Source: Octopus vulgaris
Lineage: Eukaryota
DNA: 64,000 nucleotides
Reading direction: 5' to 3'
Assembly: GCA_951406725.2 (NCBI GenBank)
Contig: OX597823.1
Span: 7,812,001 to 7,876,000, forward strand
A program made the position numbers and the translations under genes. Below the pieces are notes generated by a model. The model ran no database searches. It was given only the letters and a program-made list of their open reading frames with translations, and was not told where the DNA came from. Shown in pieces: positions 1 through 13,234 of this stretch. The first letter of the stretch is position 1, and every line of letters starts with the position of its first letter.

Positions 1-329
1 ATAATTATTAATGTTTTGAATGGTGACACTTTCTTGTGGAGTAATCAAGGAACGTTGTCAGGAAAAAGATTGTGTGCAGAAATGTAACCAATAGAATAGG
101 TAGAAAAGAGGATTTATTAAGAGTAACTAGAGAGAGAGAGAGAAAAGAATGTATGAAGTTGGAAACTGTGATAATGTGTAATAAGGAATAAGAAATGAAA
201 GTCTAGGAGTAATGATGAGAGGCAAGATATAATGAAATATGTAATAAAGGAGAGACACTGGTAGCAGCTGCATGTTTGCATGTAAAAGAGGACAAATGAT
301 GGATGTAGAAGTAGTGTTCAGAGCGTGTT

Positions 330-1007
330 CATCATCATCATCATCGTTTAACGTCCGCTTTCCATGCTAGCATGGGTTGGACGGTTCAACTGGGGTCTGG
401 GAAACCCGAAGGCTGCACCAGGCCAGTCAGATCTAGCAGATTTTCTACAGCTGGATGCCCTTCCTAACACCAACCACTCCGTGAGTGTAGTGGGTGCTTT
501 TTATGTGCCACCGACACAGGTGCCAGACAAGGCTGGCGAACGGCCACGCTCGGATGGTGTTTTTTTGTGCCACCGACACAGGTGCCTGAACGAGGCTGGC
601 GAACGGCCACGCTCAGATGGTGTTTGTTACGTGCCCACAGCACAGAGGCTGGCACAGCCACGATCGGATGGTGTTTGTTACGTACCACCAGCACGGAGGC
701 CAGTTGATGCGGTGCTGGCTACGGCCACATTCGGATTGTCTTATGTGCCACCAGCACTGGTACCACAAAAATACAAATTCCATTGATGTTCATCGATTTT
801 GATTTGATTTGATTTGATTTTCACTTGCCTCAACAGGTCTTCACAAGTAGAGTTATGTGTCCCAAGAAGAAAGGTATGCACAGGTGGACTGACTACGTCC
901 CAGGTAGGGGCCATGGGTTATGGCCTCACGTGTCCTGCCGGGTCTTCTCGCGCACAGCATACTTCCAAAGGTCTCGGTCTCTGGTCATTTCCTCGGTGAG
1001 ACCTAAA
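330..1007 (-). mobile_element. 5'-truncated RTE-clade LINE 3' end / derived SINE (family D) with ~60-bp internal tandem units and (GAT)n tail
   Basis: Reverse complement of 22790-23530; (CAT)n at 330-345; explains ORFs 364..786, 464..694 and 617..802. Confidence 0.85.
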
Positions 1008-1350
1008 GCACAAATGTTGGATGTCAGTAATAAGTGATCTGGGGTAGAGGGTGTAGCAGTGTACAAATTTTGAGGTAATACTAAATATTAAAGGAGAACA
1101 TGCATGATGGTAAGAATGACCTGAGGGAATGCCTGCAGCAAATGGCGAGGTACACCAGTTACCAACAGATCAAATGCAATTCCTCATTACTCTGGCGGCA
1201 TTGTGATTGGGGAGAGGCACTTGTGGCAGCCACGTTTGTTGATGAATGTTGAGTAGTTGTAGAAATGACAGATGGCATGGTGCAGTGAACAGGGAAAGGA
1301 AACAGCAGAAAGATTCAGCAGGAAAATAGGTTGAATACCCCAGTTATATA

Positions 1351-1745
1351 GGCGCAGGAGTGGCTGTGTGGTAAGTAGCTTGCTTACCAACCACATGGTT
1401 CCGGGTTCAGTCCCACTGCGTGGCACCTTATGTAAGTGTCTACTATAGCCTCAGGCCGACCAAAGTCTTATGAGTGGATTTGGTAGACGGAAACTGAAAG
1501 AAGCCCATCGTATACATGTATATATATGTATGTGTGTCTGTGTTTGTCCTCCCAACATCGCTTGGCAACCAATGCTGGTGTGTTTATGTCCCTGTAAATT
1601 AGCAGTTCAGCAAAAAAGAGACCGATAAAATAAGTACTAAGCTTACAAAGAATATGTCCTGGGGTCGATTTGATCGACTAAAGGCGGTGCTCCAGCATGG
1701 CCACAGTCACATGACTGAAACAAGTAAAAGAGAGAGTAAAGAGTA
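1351..1745 (+). mobile_element. tRNA-derived SINE family A
   Basis: Head GGCGCAGGAGTGGCTGTGTGGTAAG...GGTTCAGTCCC (Pol III A/B-box-like), internal (TA)/(TG) tract, AGAGTAA tail; at least 7 copies in the window. Confidence 0.9.
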
Positions 1746-2151
1746 TATGCATTATTATATATCCCCACCTTTATCACCACATTTTAACGTCTGTTTTGTC
1801 CTGTTTGTGTGAGAAGACTTTTTCATGAGCAGCAACATCTTGAACTCAATCTTAACCACTTTGCCCCAAGGCTTTCTTGCTCTCCCACCTCCACAGGCTC
1901 TATTGAAATCAAGTTCACTTTTATATTTCTCTCAAAATATCAAAATTTGACATGAAATGCAACTTGACATTTTTCATTTTCATTTTAAAACTGGCTACAT
2001 AAATTGGCTTACATTCATTTTCTGTTTATTGACAAATCAATTGAGTAATTTATCACTTTTCTTTGGTTGAGACACTCTTTTGACAGCCTTTAACAGTGGA
2101 CTGATGGGAAAGATTTAGTAAACAAGAAGGGATCAAGATGTTTGCTATATA

Positions 2152-3770
2152 TACCTAAAACCATGCTAATAGCTTAAGAGTGAAATTTAGGATTTCTCCA
2201 TTTTCTGTGAATCGATTTTGATAAAAGTTTTCCCTGATGGTTTGCACACTATTGCAACACTATTGTTATTTTTTTCATTATTCTGTGTAGCGTCCTTTCT
2301 TTTTTTATTTCCGATTCTTCAGTTTTGGGGTGAACCATGCTAATAGCTTTTGAATGAAAATAGCCCATCTAGATATTTTTTCTTTCAGAAAATGAAGGGT
2401 AATAATGAATTATTTAGCCACATGAGCACCATTTCAATGGATAACTTTAAAAAAAACCCTATTGGGCATGGAATCTGTCAATTCTGCCTCTGTTGCAGCT
2501 TTGATGATCGCCCATAAGACATCTTTCGAAGTAAATTGGCATTCATCGGCATAAACATCCTGTTTAACCCTTTAGTGTTTGCATTATTCTGCCAAAATTA
2601 ATGCTTCTTCATCCTCATTGTTTTGAACTTATCATGCATTATCTTGTAGCTATGAGATTTTGATGAGGTAGCTGTTAATTTTTAAAACGATATTGTAGGG
2701 TTGGTGTAAGAGACCAGATCTGGCCAGTTTGAACATAAAACAGGCAGAATACTTTTGGCCGGATATGATGGACCAAAGATTTTCAATAGGGTTGAGATCT
2801 GGAGATGCTAGCAGCCACGTCTTCAACCTTTCACCTTTTGTACCGTAAGACCCTAGGAATGTTTGGGTGGTCCTGGCAGAGTGGGAACGAGTGTTGTCAT
2901 GCATGAATGTGAGATTCCTTAGAAGTGACAGCAGTATGTCATCTTACCAGGGATCCAAAACTTCCTTCAGGAAATTGCAGTGGGTTGCTGGAGTTAATTT
3001 AACCTCTTCAAGCACCCTGACTGGGTCAACAAGTCTGTCTTTAGTGATACCAGACCACAACAGGACTCCTGTACCCTGTTGGCGATGCTCATCTCCAAAA
3101 TTGACCCGACCATTTGCCCAACCATCAGGTTGATCAAGGGTCACCCTGGTTTTGTCAGTGAGCAGAACATTCATGTCTAACATCGTATTCTTTTGGGCCA
3201 TTTGAAGCCTCAGACTCCTGTGGGGAGGCAGTTTCAGGGGTTTTCACACAGAAGCCATAGTCCAGAGGATGGGATTTCTGGTGGTTTTCAGTCCACAAGG
3301 AAGTCCAGGGGTGGAGAAAATGGCTTTACTCATTTGTCCAGGTTTCTCAGCTAACTTGCAGCCAATATTCCTTAAATCCCTAGCTGTTACAGTCTTGGCT
3401 GTCCCACAATTGGATCATTTCTTCCTTGGCACTTATGTGGCTAAATAATTCATTATGTCAATAAATTTTATAATATGGTTTTCTGTTAAATATATACTCA
3501 ATGTATGCTTAATACCTTAATACCATTGCCCTTCATTTTCTGAAAAAAAAATGTCTAGATGGGCTATTTTCATTCAAAAGCTATTAGCATGGTTCACCCA
3601 AAAACTGAAGAATCTGAAATAAAAAAGAAAGGATGTTACACAGAATAATGAAAACTTAGCAATGGTGTTGCCATAGTGTGAAAACCAGCAGGGAAAAGTT
3701 TTATCAAAATTGATTCACAGAAAACCGAGAAATCTTGAATCTCACTAAGCAATTAGTTGTGGTTCTGGGT
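2152..3770 (-). mobile_element. Degenerate Tc1-family transposon with long (~270 bp) IR/DR-type inverted repeats
   Basis: 2152-2425 is the imperfect reverse complement of 3430-3770, and AACCATGCTAATAGCTT is repeated within the left arm. Transposase fragments HDNTRSHSARTT, SPDLNPIENLWSII and VLLWSGI (ORFs 2650..2904, 2944..3201). Confidence 0.88.
2564..2767. mobile_element. piggyBac-type MITE fragment nested in the Tc1 transposase
   Basis: Begins TTAA-CCCTTT; inverted homologue of 15524-15747; splits the transposase between NLWSII and KQDVY. Confidence 0.7.
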
Positions 3771-4807
3771 GTTGTGACTACATATAGCTGAGTAGGACTG
3801 ATGTACTATGAGAACATTTGGGACTTGATGTAACTGATGTATATACTGGTGTAGTTGAAACGCAATTCTTGTTCCCCTAGTTAGATCTCAGTTATGAGAG
3901 CAAAGTAGTTTACCATAAGTATTGGTTCAGACAAGCAGAGAAGGGTGGGGGATTGGATTGGAGAGTATTGCAGTGGCCGAGGAAATATAGGGCCCAAGAG
4001 ACTGATGAGAAGTAACTAAATGATTTAATAACTATATTTAATATGTACACAAATACCTGATGATTACATAATCTTCATTCTCATCAGGTAAGATGTTAAA
4101 TCTTTCCTTGGTAACCACTAAGTGGTTAGTGACTTTAGAATAAAAACTAGAAGGAAGACAGGGAAACTGAAAGAATCTTCAATTGGTAAAAGTTTCAGTC
4201 AAGGTTTGATTGGCATTTATGAGAGAAAGGAGTAAATGATAAAATAGTATTGTGGGTGGTTTGAGCTATGAAAGAGACTGGAAGGAGAGAGCAGAACCAA
4301 GAGAAGATATTGAGTATATATTTTTAAAAGAAAAAGTAGAATGAGAAGCTGTTGGATGGGGAAAGAGAATCTGCTCCAAGGAGTCAGTGTGATTTAGGAT
4401 GTGAAAGCAGATGGTCCATGAAGAATAGTTGAGATTCATAAAATATCTGAAGAAAGGTACAGGTTAGACTCTTAAATAAGATGATACAGGAAGGTGTTAC
4501 ACTGGTATAAAAGTATTATTTTCAACTTTTACGAGGGCAAAAGAAATGCACAAGAAAAGGGAAATTACAGAGGAATGAAATTGTTGGAACAGGTTACGAA
4601 AGTTATTAGAAGAGTTATAGCAAGCTTTAGGGAAAGAACTAGTCTTTGCAGTTTGGATTTGTGCCTGTAAGAGATACTATTAATGCCATATTCCTAGTTA
4701 TACAATTGAAAAAGTTTGCTGGTAGTAAGCTGTTGTATTTAACATTCATTGACCTAGAGAAGTACTTTGACAATTCCATACCCTAATATGGTAATTACTG
4801 CATAAAC

Positions 4808-5010
4808 TTTTTTCTACTCTAGGCACAAGGCCCGAAATTTTGGAGGAGAGGGGGTGGTCAATTAGATCGACCCCAGTACGCAACTGGCACTTAATCTATT
4901 GACCCCAAAAGGATGAAAGGCAAAGTCGACCTCGGCAGAATTTGAACTCAGAACGAAATACCGCTAAGTATTTTGCCCAGTGTGCTAACGTTTCTGCCAG
5001 CTCACCACCT
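4808..5010 (-). mobile_element. SINE family C (Deu/Nin-like central domain)
   Basis: Reverse complement of 5728-5950; GCCTTTCATCCTTTnGGGGTCGATAA-like core. Confidence 0.85.
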
Positions 5011-5727
5011 TGGTTACTACATAAACTAATAGCCTGTAAGAGCTGTGCAAACCATGTGCTGAGGTGTAGTTGACAATGTATGAGTAAAGGATATAGCAAT
5101 TAGCAAAAACTAAAGATTTGATAAGCAGAGAAGACAGGACTATGCTGTCATCAAGGAAATAACTTTGATATCAGAAATTCTATATGGTGCACCTGCTGTA
5201 CATTATGGATGCGTAAGTGGTATAGTAGGATCATAGAGGCAGGTTAATGGAGAAAGTAGATACACAGTAGCAAAGTATCTACAGAAGAAATGGTTCCCTG
5301 AACTTCTTTGAACTCCGTGATACACAGTAGCAGCATATACAAAGGATACATGTAAAACAGAATTCTTTCAATGGACAGTAGGCACCCCACAAAAACAGAC
5401 CAGCTTTGTTGCCTAATTAGCAAAAGAAGTGGGTGTTCTAAAAACGTAGCAGCCTGTCACAGTGAGTTGAAAGAAGTTAAGGGAACTATTACTTCTGTTG
5501 GTAATAAATGACAAATGAATTGAGTATAATTCACTTAATGTGTGGATGTTAAGTGTGCATGAACGACAACACAAATGAACTGAGAGAAAACAGAATGTTA
5601 AGGAAATCGAATGTAGTGTGCTAGAGAGAAGACTGTACATGTAATGAGTATGGAAGAGGACAGCTGTATGGGGAAGTGCAGAGTGCTCAAAGTAAAAAGA
5701 ATCTGAGGAAGGTACCGGCGAGCTGGC

Positions 5728-5950
5728 TAAGGCAGTGAGCTAGCAGAATCGTTAGCATGCCGGGCGAAATGCTTAGCAGTATTTCGTCTGCCGTTACGTT
5801 GTGAGTTCAAATTCCGCCGAGGTCGACTTTGCCTTTCATCCTTTTGGGGTCGATAAATTAAGTACCAGTTACGCACTGGGGTCGATGTAATCGACTTAAT
5901 ACATATGTCTGTCCTTGTTTAGCCCCTTATGGGTAATAAAGAAATAGGTA
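5728..5950 (+). mobile_element. SINE family C (Deu/Nin-like central domain)
   Basis: GAGTTCAAATTCC B-box followed by GGTCGACTTTGCCTTTCATCCTTTTGGGGTCGATAAATTAAGTACCAG. Confidence 0.88.
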
Positions 5951-6582
5951 CTGGATGAAGTAGTGAAGACTGATCTCAGAACGCTGAATCTTATGAAGAT
6001 GACAAACCATAATGATAGAGTATCCACAGTACCAGAGAATACCAACCTTCTTGCGCAAGCTTGGTGAAACGAAGGTTAAAATAGTAGAAATAATGAAAAT
6101 TGCAATCTACAAATATATTTTTCTCCTATCTTTTTCCTGTTGTTTCTCCATTTACTCTCAACTTACTTCTTTGATACCTCTAAGTCTCTCAGCCATAGCA
6201 ATCATGGGCGGCGTTTCTTTCACTAATAGTTTATAGTACTTGCTCACTGTCTTTTAAAATGTATACCCTTATGAAAAGAGAATGCAATCAAATTTTAGTA
6301 TAAACGTGATTTTGATCCCTCATGTTTATAAAACCAAGTCTAGACAATGACAAATTACGACGTTTAGCGGTACAAAGATAAACAGAGAGAGAGAGAGAGA
6401 GAGTAAATAACATGGATAAAAATTTGTAGGGGTAAGTGTGTGAAAAGATTAGAATGAATATGATAAAATTATATTTCCTGAAAAGTATGGATTTAGATAC
6501 AGAAATTAAATGATGACAGAATGAGACGGGGTGGGGTGACTAGCAGAAACAGAACCTTGCAGGGTGCAGAATTGGTGTAGAC

Positions 6583-7348
6583 CAGGGATGGGAAAACTTC
6601 AGCAGTGCGGCGGTAAAAAATTTCCAAAGAAAAAAGTCAGCGGGCGGGTCACAAGTTCTAATTCATATCTGTGTAAACCTTGTATATATCTAAGTATAAT
6701 TCGATATATATTAATATATAAGTTTAACACTTTAAATTAACGCTACCACTGAATTTAGGACGTTTATATTACTTATGATGTATTCCATATTTTTCAGCTA
6801 TAATGTAGTTGGGTCTCAAGGGGATGGTACAAACATGGAAGCACTCCGTCGGTTACGACGACGAGGGTTCCGGTTAATCCGAATCAACGGAACAGCCTGC
6901 TCGTGAAATTAACGTGTAAGTGGCTGAGCACTCCACAGACATGTGTACCCTTAACGATATTCAGCGTGACACAGAGAGTGACAAGGTCGGCCCTTTGAAA
7001 TACAGATACAACAGAAACAGGAAGTAAGAGTGAGAGAAAGTTGTGGTGAAAGAGTACAGCAGGGATCACCGGAGCCTCGTGGAGCTTTAGGTGTTTTCGC
7101 TCAATAAACACTCACAACGCCCTGTCTGGGAATCGAAACCGCGATCATATGACCGCGAGTCCGCTGCCCTAACCACTGGGCCATAGCAATGTGTTTAATA
7201 GTGATAAATAAAATTTCCATTCAAATATTGTGTAAATTTCATAATTGAAAACTTTATTTTGTATATACGAGTATATCAGCATGCGGGCACAATAAAATGG
7301 GCTCGCGGGCGCAATTGTGCCCCCAAGCGGGGGTTTTCCCCACCCCTG
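6583..7348. mobile_element. Non-autonomous hAT element (MITE) with 8-bp TSD
   Basis: TIRs CAGGGATGGGAAAAC / GTTTTCCCCACCCCTG; perfect TSD GTGTAGAC at 6575-6582 and 7349-7356. Confidence 0.9.
6833..7186 (-). mobile_element. tRNA-derived SINE family B nested in the hAT MITE
   Basis: Reverse complement of 44459-44853. Confidence 0.9.
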
Positions 7349-7415
7349 GTGTAGACGAATCAGAAATGTAGACATAAAAGAGGTTTTCAATTAAAGAAAT
7401 TTATAAAATGTATGA

Positions 7416-7600
7416 TACATAGCCATATTAGTTATTAATAGACTGAGCAGATCTTCCAACAACTTTATACATGGCGTACATAGCCATATTAGTTATTAAT
7501 AGACTGAGCAGATCTTCCAACAACTTTATACATGGCGTACATAGCCATATTAGTTATTAATAGACTGAGCAGAACTTCCAACAACTTTATACATGGCGTA
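7416..7600. repeat. 61-bp tandem repeat, 3 nearly identical copies
   Basis: AGCCATATT recurs at 7421, 7482 and 7543. Confidence 0.95.
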
Positions 7601-7717
7601 TCCTTTTTCTATGTTAATAAAAACCTCTTTAATGTAGTGAATAGAACGAGCGAACGACATACATTAAGTTGTGATGGGTAGGATTGATGTAGCCGAAGTT
7701 TATACATGAAGAACTCC

Positions 7718-8130
7718 GGATCTTTTCGGTTTGAACGGCAGATTTTTCTAGCGGTGTCATATGAAATTGTCACCCATAATTATGACCCTAGTATCGATCT
7801 ATTGCATTTCTATCTGTTTTAGGGTTAGGGGTGGGGGAAGGGTATCTTTTTTTCTTCACAAATGTAAATAAACCCAATCTGTTTCTTAAACGAGGGACAT
7901 ATTCATACGGCACAGAATATTTACTTTTGCCTCAATACACGTCAGTGATTGGTTGAAATTGTAGAAATTGAAGGAAAAAAACAACAAATATCTTACAAAC
8001 TATAGACTTTTCTCAATAAAGCCAAGAGAAAAAGATGTTTTATAAATACATTCTACCAGTATACGAAGTTTAAAATTCTTTAGTTACCTAGAAATTATGT
8101 TAAAAACTGCCGTTCAAACAGAAAAGATCC
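7718..8130. mobile_element. MITE with ~28-bp TIR and 8-bp TSD (Merlin-like termini)
   Basis: GGATCTTTTCGGTTTGAACGGCAG / CTGCCGTTCAAACAGAAAAGATCC; flanks AGAACTCC and AGAACTCG. Superfamily is inferred from GG ends plus 8-bp TSD. Confidence 0.8.
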
Positions 8131-8173
8131 AGAACTCGCCTCTAGTCACTAAAGAGTTTTGAGATTTACGTCA

Positions 8174-9052
8174 CCCCTCCCCCATTTGGCATTGTAAAAT
8201 TTAAAAAATAATTGGGTTTATGTTTACTTTAATAGCCGGCCACAAAAAACAAAAGTGTCACAGGTGTAAAAATATGTATATTAAACGAATGTGAAAACAA
8301 AAATTTGTACCAATACACTGGGGGTGGGGATGTTGAGAGGATTTTCGGAAAATTCACAAGATCCGATTTGGTGAGAAAAACAAATTCATAAATACGGAGT
8401 TGAATATGGTTTCACTATGGAAAAAAAGTTAAGGGCGATTTAGATGTTGTTTTTAGCACATCTCCATCGTTGGGATCTTTTTAAAATGCTTTTTCTATTA
8501 TTTAAAGGAAATAAAAAACGAATCTAAAAATTCTTTTTCAAACTTTTTTCCATTACATCCAAGCAAAAAATAATTTATGAATTTCTTTTCGAAAGTTCTC
8601 TCGCCACCCCTCAGAAAAAAATTTCCCCAGAATTTTTTTTATAATCGTAATCTATGCCGTTTGAAATATATTTATATAAAATTTCGGCGTAACTTCGGTA
8701 TATGTACCGGTGTAAGTACCGGATACATTTAAAAAAAGTGGGTTTTTTTAATATATATATGGGGGTGTTAGGGGTGGGTGGAAAGGGTTTCTGTTATCTT
8801 CAGAAATGTAAACAAAGTCACGTGTGTATATATACCGAAGTATCGCCAAAATTTCATTAGAAGCTATCCATTTTCCTAAAAGTTATGATGGAAAAAGTCG
8901 GATTTTGTGAATTTTCCGAAAGTCCTCTCCCCCACAACACCTGTTACACTTTTTTTTAATGTTTTGGTAGTCGGGTGTTAAAGCAAACATTAATTTATAA
9001 CTTTAAAAAATTAATAGTGGCTGTTGTTCCAAAGGCACGATGCGGGAGGGGA
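8174..9052. mobile_element. Degenerate foldback/MITE-like element with long imperfect inverted arms
   Basis: GAGAGGATTTTCGGAAAATTCACAAGATCCGA (~8335-8366) pairs with ~8898-8930; ~8217-8268 pairs with ~8938-8993. Confidence 0.6.
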
Positions 9053-11502
9053 TAGTAGTAGAAGCAAAAAAAAAAAAAGAATTTAAGGAAGAAACCCCTC
9101 CGTCATTTTCAAAATGTGTGATACGAAAACGAAGAAAATCCAACCTGTGTGGGACAATTATTTCGAAAGTCTGCAGTTTTGCTCCGTTTTAAGAATATCT
9201 GCGCAGATATATATTTAACCTTTTATTGTGAAAAATATGGGTCATACATCGTAGTCTAGAAACTAGTTCTTGAGCCGTCTTGTTATTGTGATGTTCAAGA
9301 AGTAGTAACAAAAACTTTGTCTGTGGGACATGAATTACCGATATTTTCCACATTTCTTGCTTTCAATAATGTAAGAAAGGAGGGGGGGAAATGATTGGGG
9401 CCACAAAATATCAGTAGTGTTAACGAAAGTCTATATTATAGACAATACTTTGGGTCTTTAATACTCACGAATATTGTATAAAAGATACCACTCCAAAAGC
9501 GGAAATCGCTTGGCTGTGTGAAGGGAGACAATTCTCGCTACATCCCTTTTCATTAACGTTGGATTTTGTTATCTGGTTTAGAGTCTGTGATAACGTATAG
9601 CCGTACTTATTGGTGGACCATTATTACTAAGGTCAAGAACCTTGTTAAACTTTTCAATACTATTGTTTACTAAGTCTGAGTTGTAGGGTAGAAGTACTTC
9701 TGTTTCATCAGCTAATAGAACTACTTTCTGTTTCATTGGTAACTTTTCTGACTCACAATAAAACGTATTTTACCTATCCTTTTGGGCATTCCCAGTATGA
9801 CGCCTTTTGCCAATTCTTTCAGCCATATTTACAGGTAAAAAGCCATAATCCTATATTCTAAGTGGGGATCATATGGATGATCTGCTTTCAATAGTTGTAA
9901 TTCTAAGTGTCTGACAGCGCTCATATGCCATGAGATTGTCGATATGTGAGGTTGGAAGTCTGGCGCTCAGTTTGCCAAAAGTAAGCGAATTCTTTGAATA
10001 AATGACTTGCTAAATTTCCACCCAATCGTTTGTCATGAGTTTAACTGGAATTCTAACTTTAACAAATTGATATTTACAGTACTTTATGGTTTTGTTCTGT
10101 TGTGTATGAGAGCTTACCAAACTCACTGAATTCATCGTGGTAATCTACACCAGTCAATCAGTGAATGGACCCCATGATCTAATGATTGTGAGTGCAACAG
10201 CCTAACCACTAGGCTACATACCTTTACGGTAAAGAGGTACTAATGCTAAATATATATGTCAATATTAGTGATGCACTACAGGCAAGTCTAATAATGATAG
10301 TAGGCTCTACCGTTTTTAAAATTTTATTTGTTGTTTCTATGAAAGACATACTTCATTGTCATCCATTTCAAGCAGCAGCAAAGGTGCAAAAGTGCCCTTA
10401 ATCCATATTTCAAACTAACAATCTAGGATTTTATAGATAATTCTATTTATGTCATTTTTTGTTACTTTTTGTATTTTCTTTTCATTTTTGTTGTAACTAC
10501 AAGGTTTGCCATGAGCAGAAAATGCCAGGGACCTATCTCAACTCAGTAGTATGCTTTACTGTTTTTTTTTATTTATGGATCCCACATTCTCTGGATAATA
10601 AACCTGAAAAATGTTTACCATTTACTCTACAGCAATGAAAGTAACACAAATTTCTCCAAGTAACAATTGTTGGATTTTTGAAACTAAAAACTATACTTGA
10701 GTACTTGCTAAAGGACTTCCCAAGAGATCGTGTCTAGGATGGACTTTGTAAATGAACTGTGCTGCATTAAGGGAATGTTGCTATATTGTACAGTGAGGTA
10801 TTTTATCAAGATAGGAGTAGAAATACTTCCTCAAGGAAAACTCTCTACATATGTACATCATTCCTGCAGTAATGATAAGGAAGAGACCTAAATGGTTTGA
10901 CCATGTAATAAGAAAATTACAGAATAGTTGTGTAGCACAAACATCTTGCAAGAAATTCCCAAACCCTAGATCACATGGTCAACTGCTTAAGTGTTGGTCC
11001 TTCCAGATCTGTGAAAACTCTGGGCTAATTCTCTCAACAACATAAAGCAGAACATATGATCAAAAAGGATAGCAGTAGTCCAGCTAGTAGGGGAGAGAGA
11101 GAAATAGCTAGGATCTGAAATGGTCTGAGCTATTAAGAATAATACATCAGCTTGTGCACATGTACCCCACACATACAAAGGCACTTTGTCAATTGATTAG
11201 GTCTATTGATTTGGATCAGGATTGTAAGATCAAACACTCAATTTCCAGACAAACCCTGCATTCTCCTTTTAAGTAAGACACTTCATTTCACATTGTTCCA
11301 GATCACTTAACTATGTGTATGCACCATCAACAGCTAGGGTTGACCTTGTAACAAATTGGCATTCTATTCAGTGGGGAGTCTTGGGCACTCAGTTGCTTAA
11401 ATGCCTTGGAAACCAGAATATGTTCCAGCCTAATGAGCTTGTAGGCTTGTGAGAGAAATAAACTTTTTTTAATGCTTGGATGCATGTATATATACATACA
11501 TG

Positions 11503-11827
11503 CCCCAGACCGGGCGTCGTGAGTGTTTATTGAACGAAAAACACCTAAAGCTCCACGAGGCTCCGGCAGGGATGGTGGTGATCCCTGCTGTACTCTTTCA
11601 CCACAACTTTCTCTCACTCTTACTTCCTGTTTCTGTTGTACCTGTATTTCAAAGGGCCGGCCTTGTCACTCTCTGTGTCATGCTGAATATCCCCGAGAAC
11701 TACGTTAAGGGTACACGTGTCTGTGGAATGCTCAGCCACTTACACGTTAATTTTACAAGCAGGCTGTTCCATTGATCGGATCAACTGGAACCCTCATCGT
11801 CGTAACCGACGGAGTGCTTCCATCCAC
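11503..11827 (+). mobile_element. SINE family B, 5'-truncated
   Basis: Matches 44523-44843; (CCAT)n tail. Confidence 0.9.
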
Positions 11828-12529
11828 ATACATGCATATATTCACAGATGAATGTTTGTTTGTATGTATATGTGAATGCATGTGCATTTGTGATTTGAAG
11901 AAAGATAGATGTGAATGAATGATAGGAATACATACACTTCTCTAATTGGAATGTAAAATGTTACTTGCTGGATTAAATAAGATAATGGCAGGTGGAAGAT
12001 TTGGTGATAGCCTTTAGCTAAATGAATATAAATATAATCAATTAAATATTTATGTCTTACAAGGTTTTACATTTTTAGTGAACCAGTACATTTGCATGGG
12101 TTCCAAATGCTTCATGGAGAGACAGTATTACAGAATTTCAGTAAGAAAATAGATTGTTGTAACAAACTGGAGGATTTAATTCTTTATTCAGAAATTTTCA
12201 ATCATAAGAGTTTATAGGGAAAATGGCAATTAGAAAATATGAGAGTTTCAAATCAAACAAGATTTTCATGCTTTCTGTGTTTTAGGGCACAGAAACCTGT
12301 CTAAGTTTATTGTCGATTATAGTCTCAGTTGCATAACATATATTTAGTAATAAAGATTTCTATATGAAAGAACATAAAAGAAGTTTACTTATGTGAATAA
12401 AAATATAATTAAAGATAATTTCTAGAGTCAGTTTTGCTGGGTAATTTCGAATGTTGTAGCTTTTGTTTGATTAACAGAACTTGAACCTGGAAGCAATGAG
12501 AAAAATATATATTAATATGTTCAACTCAA

Positions 12530-12730
12530 AAATCAAACCTTACACTTTATATATAAAGAAATCAAACCTTACATTTTATATATAAAGAAATCAAACCTTA
12601 CATTTTATATATAAAGAAATCAAACCTTACATTTTATATATAAAGAAATCAAACCTTACATTTTATATATAAAGAACTCAAACATTACACTTTATATATA
12701 AAGAAATCAAACCTTACCCTTTATATATAA
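12530..12730. repeat. 29-bp minisatellite, about 7 copies
   Basis: Unit AAATCAAACCTTACATTTTATATATAAAG. Confidence 0.95.
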
Positions 12731-13234
12731 TCCTAACCATAATTCACTCTTTTCTCACAAATCAAAAGATTCCACTTATGAAAACAATTATAGATGGTAC
12801 AGTTTATATACAAAACAGTAGTCACACAAACTTATGGCATTGAATTTAATTACTGGGACTATGTTAAAAATATTGGTACGTTTGAGGAATATTTCCAGAG
12901 GCAACAGGATAACTTTACATAAAATGAACTTTGTAGATCTTAGGTGTCAAGGATGTAAGTATATGTAGTATATCTCTCTCTTTCTCTCTCCACATACACA
13001 CACATATATATGGACGTGTGTTTGTGTGTGTGTGTGTGTGTGCATGCGCGCTATAGATTTATAAATGAAGGGGAAAGATTGTACTCTGTACTTGGTGTAG
13101 TGTTTGTTCATATATTTCTTTAAATTGGAGAAATTTTTGGTCTGTTTTCATTGTCTATTTGTTTTGGTTGTTGGCTGTGACCAGTTGAGTAGGTATTTGT
13201 TGTATGCTACTATTTTCTATTTTTTTCATCTTAA

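Larger units (their letters stand above)
4490..6080 (+). mobile_element. Degenerate RTE-clade LINE RT fragments interrupted by two SINEs
   Basis: Conceptual peptides GNYRGMKLLE, QFGFVP.R.TINAIFL and FIDLEK.FD, with frameshifts. Confidence 0.65.

Noticed and set aside
4054-4090. Hairpin TACCTGATGA...TCATCAGGTA containing CTGATGA
   Set aside because: No GAAA/stem III partner; a simple 10-bp inverted repeat.
7416-7600. CRISPR-like appearance of tandem arrays (also 12530-12730 and the family D 60-bp units)
   Set aside because: Head-to-tail repeats without unique spacers, no cas genes, eukaryotic context.
7819-7831. TTAGGG telomere-like repeats
   Set aside because: Only two units inside a MITE; not an interstitial telomere.
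9200-10100. Possible Gypsy integrase remnant on the minus strand (SNNGP, ARN....SCP-like peptides)
   Set aside because: The motifs are too degraded to call without a homology search, and no LTRs are visible.
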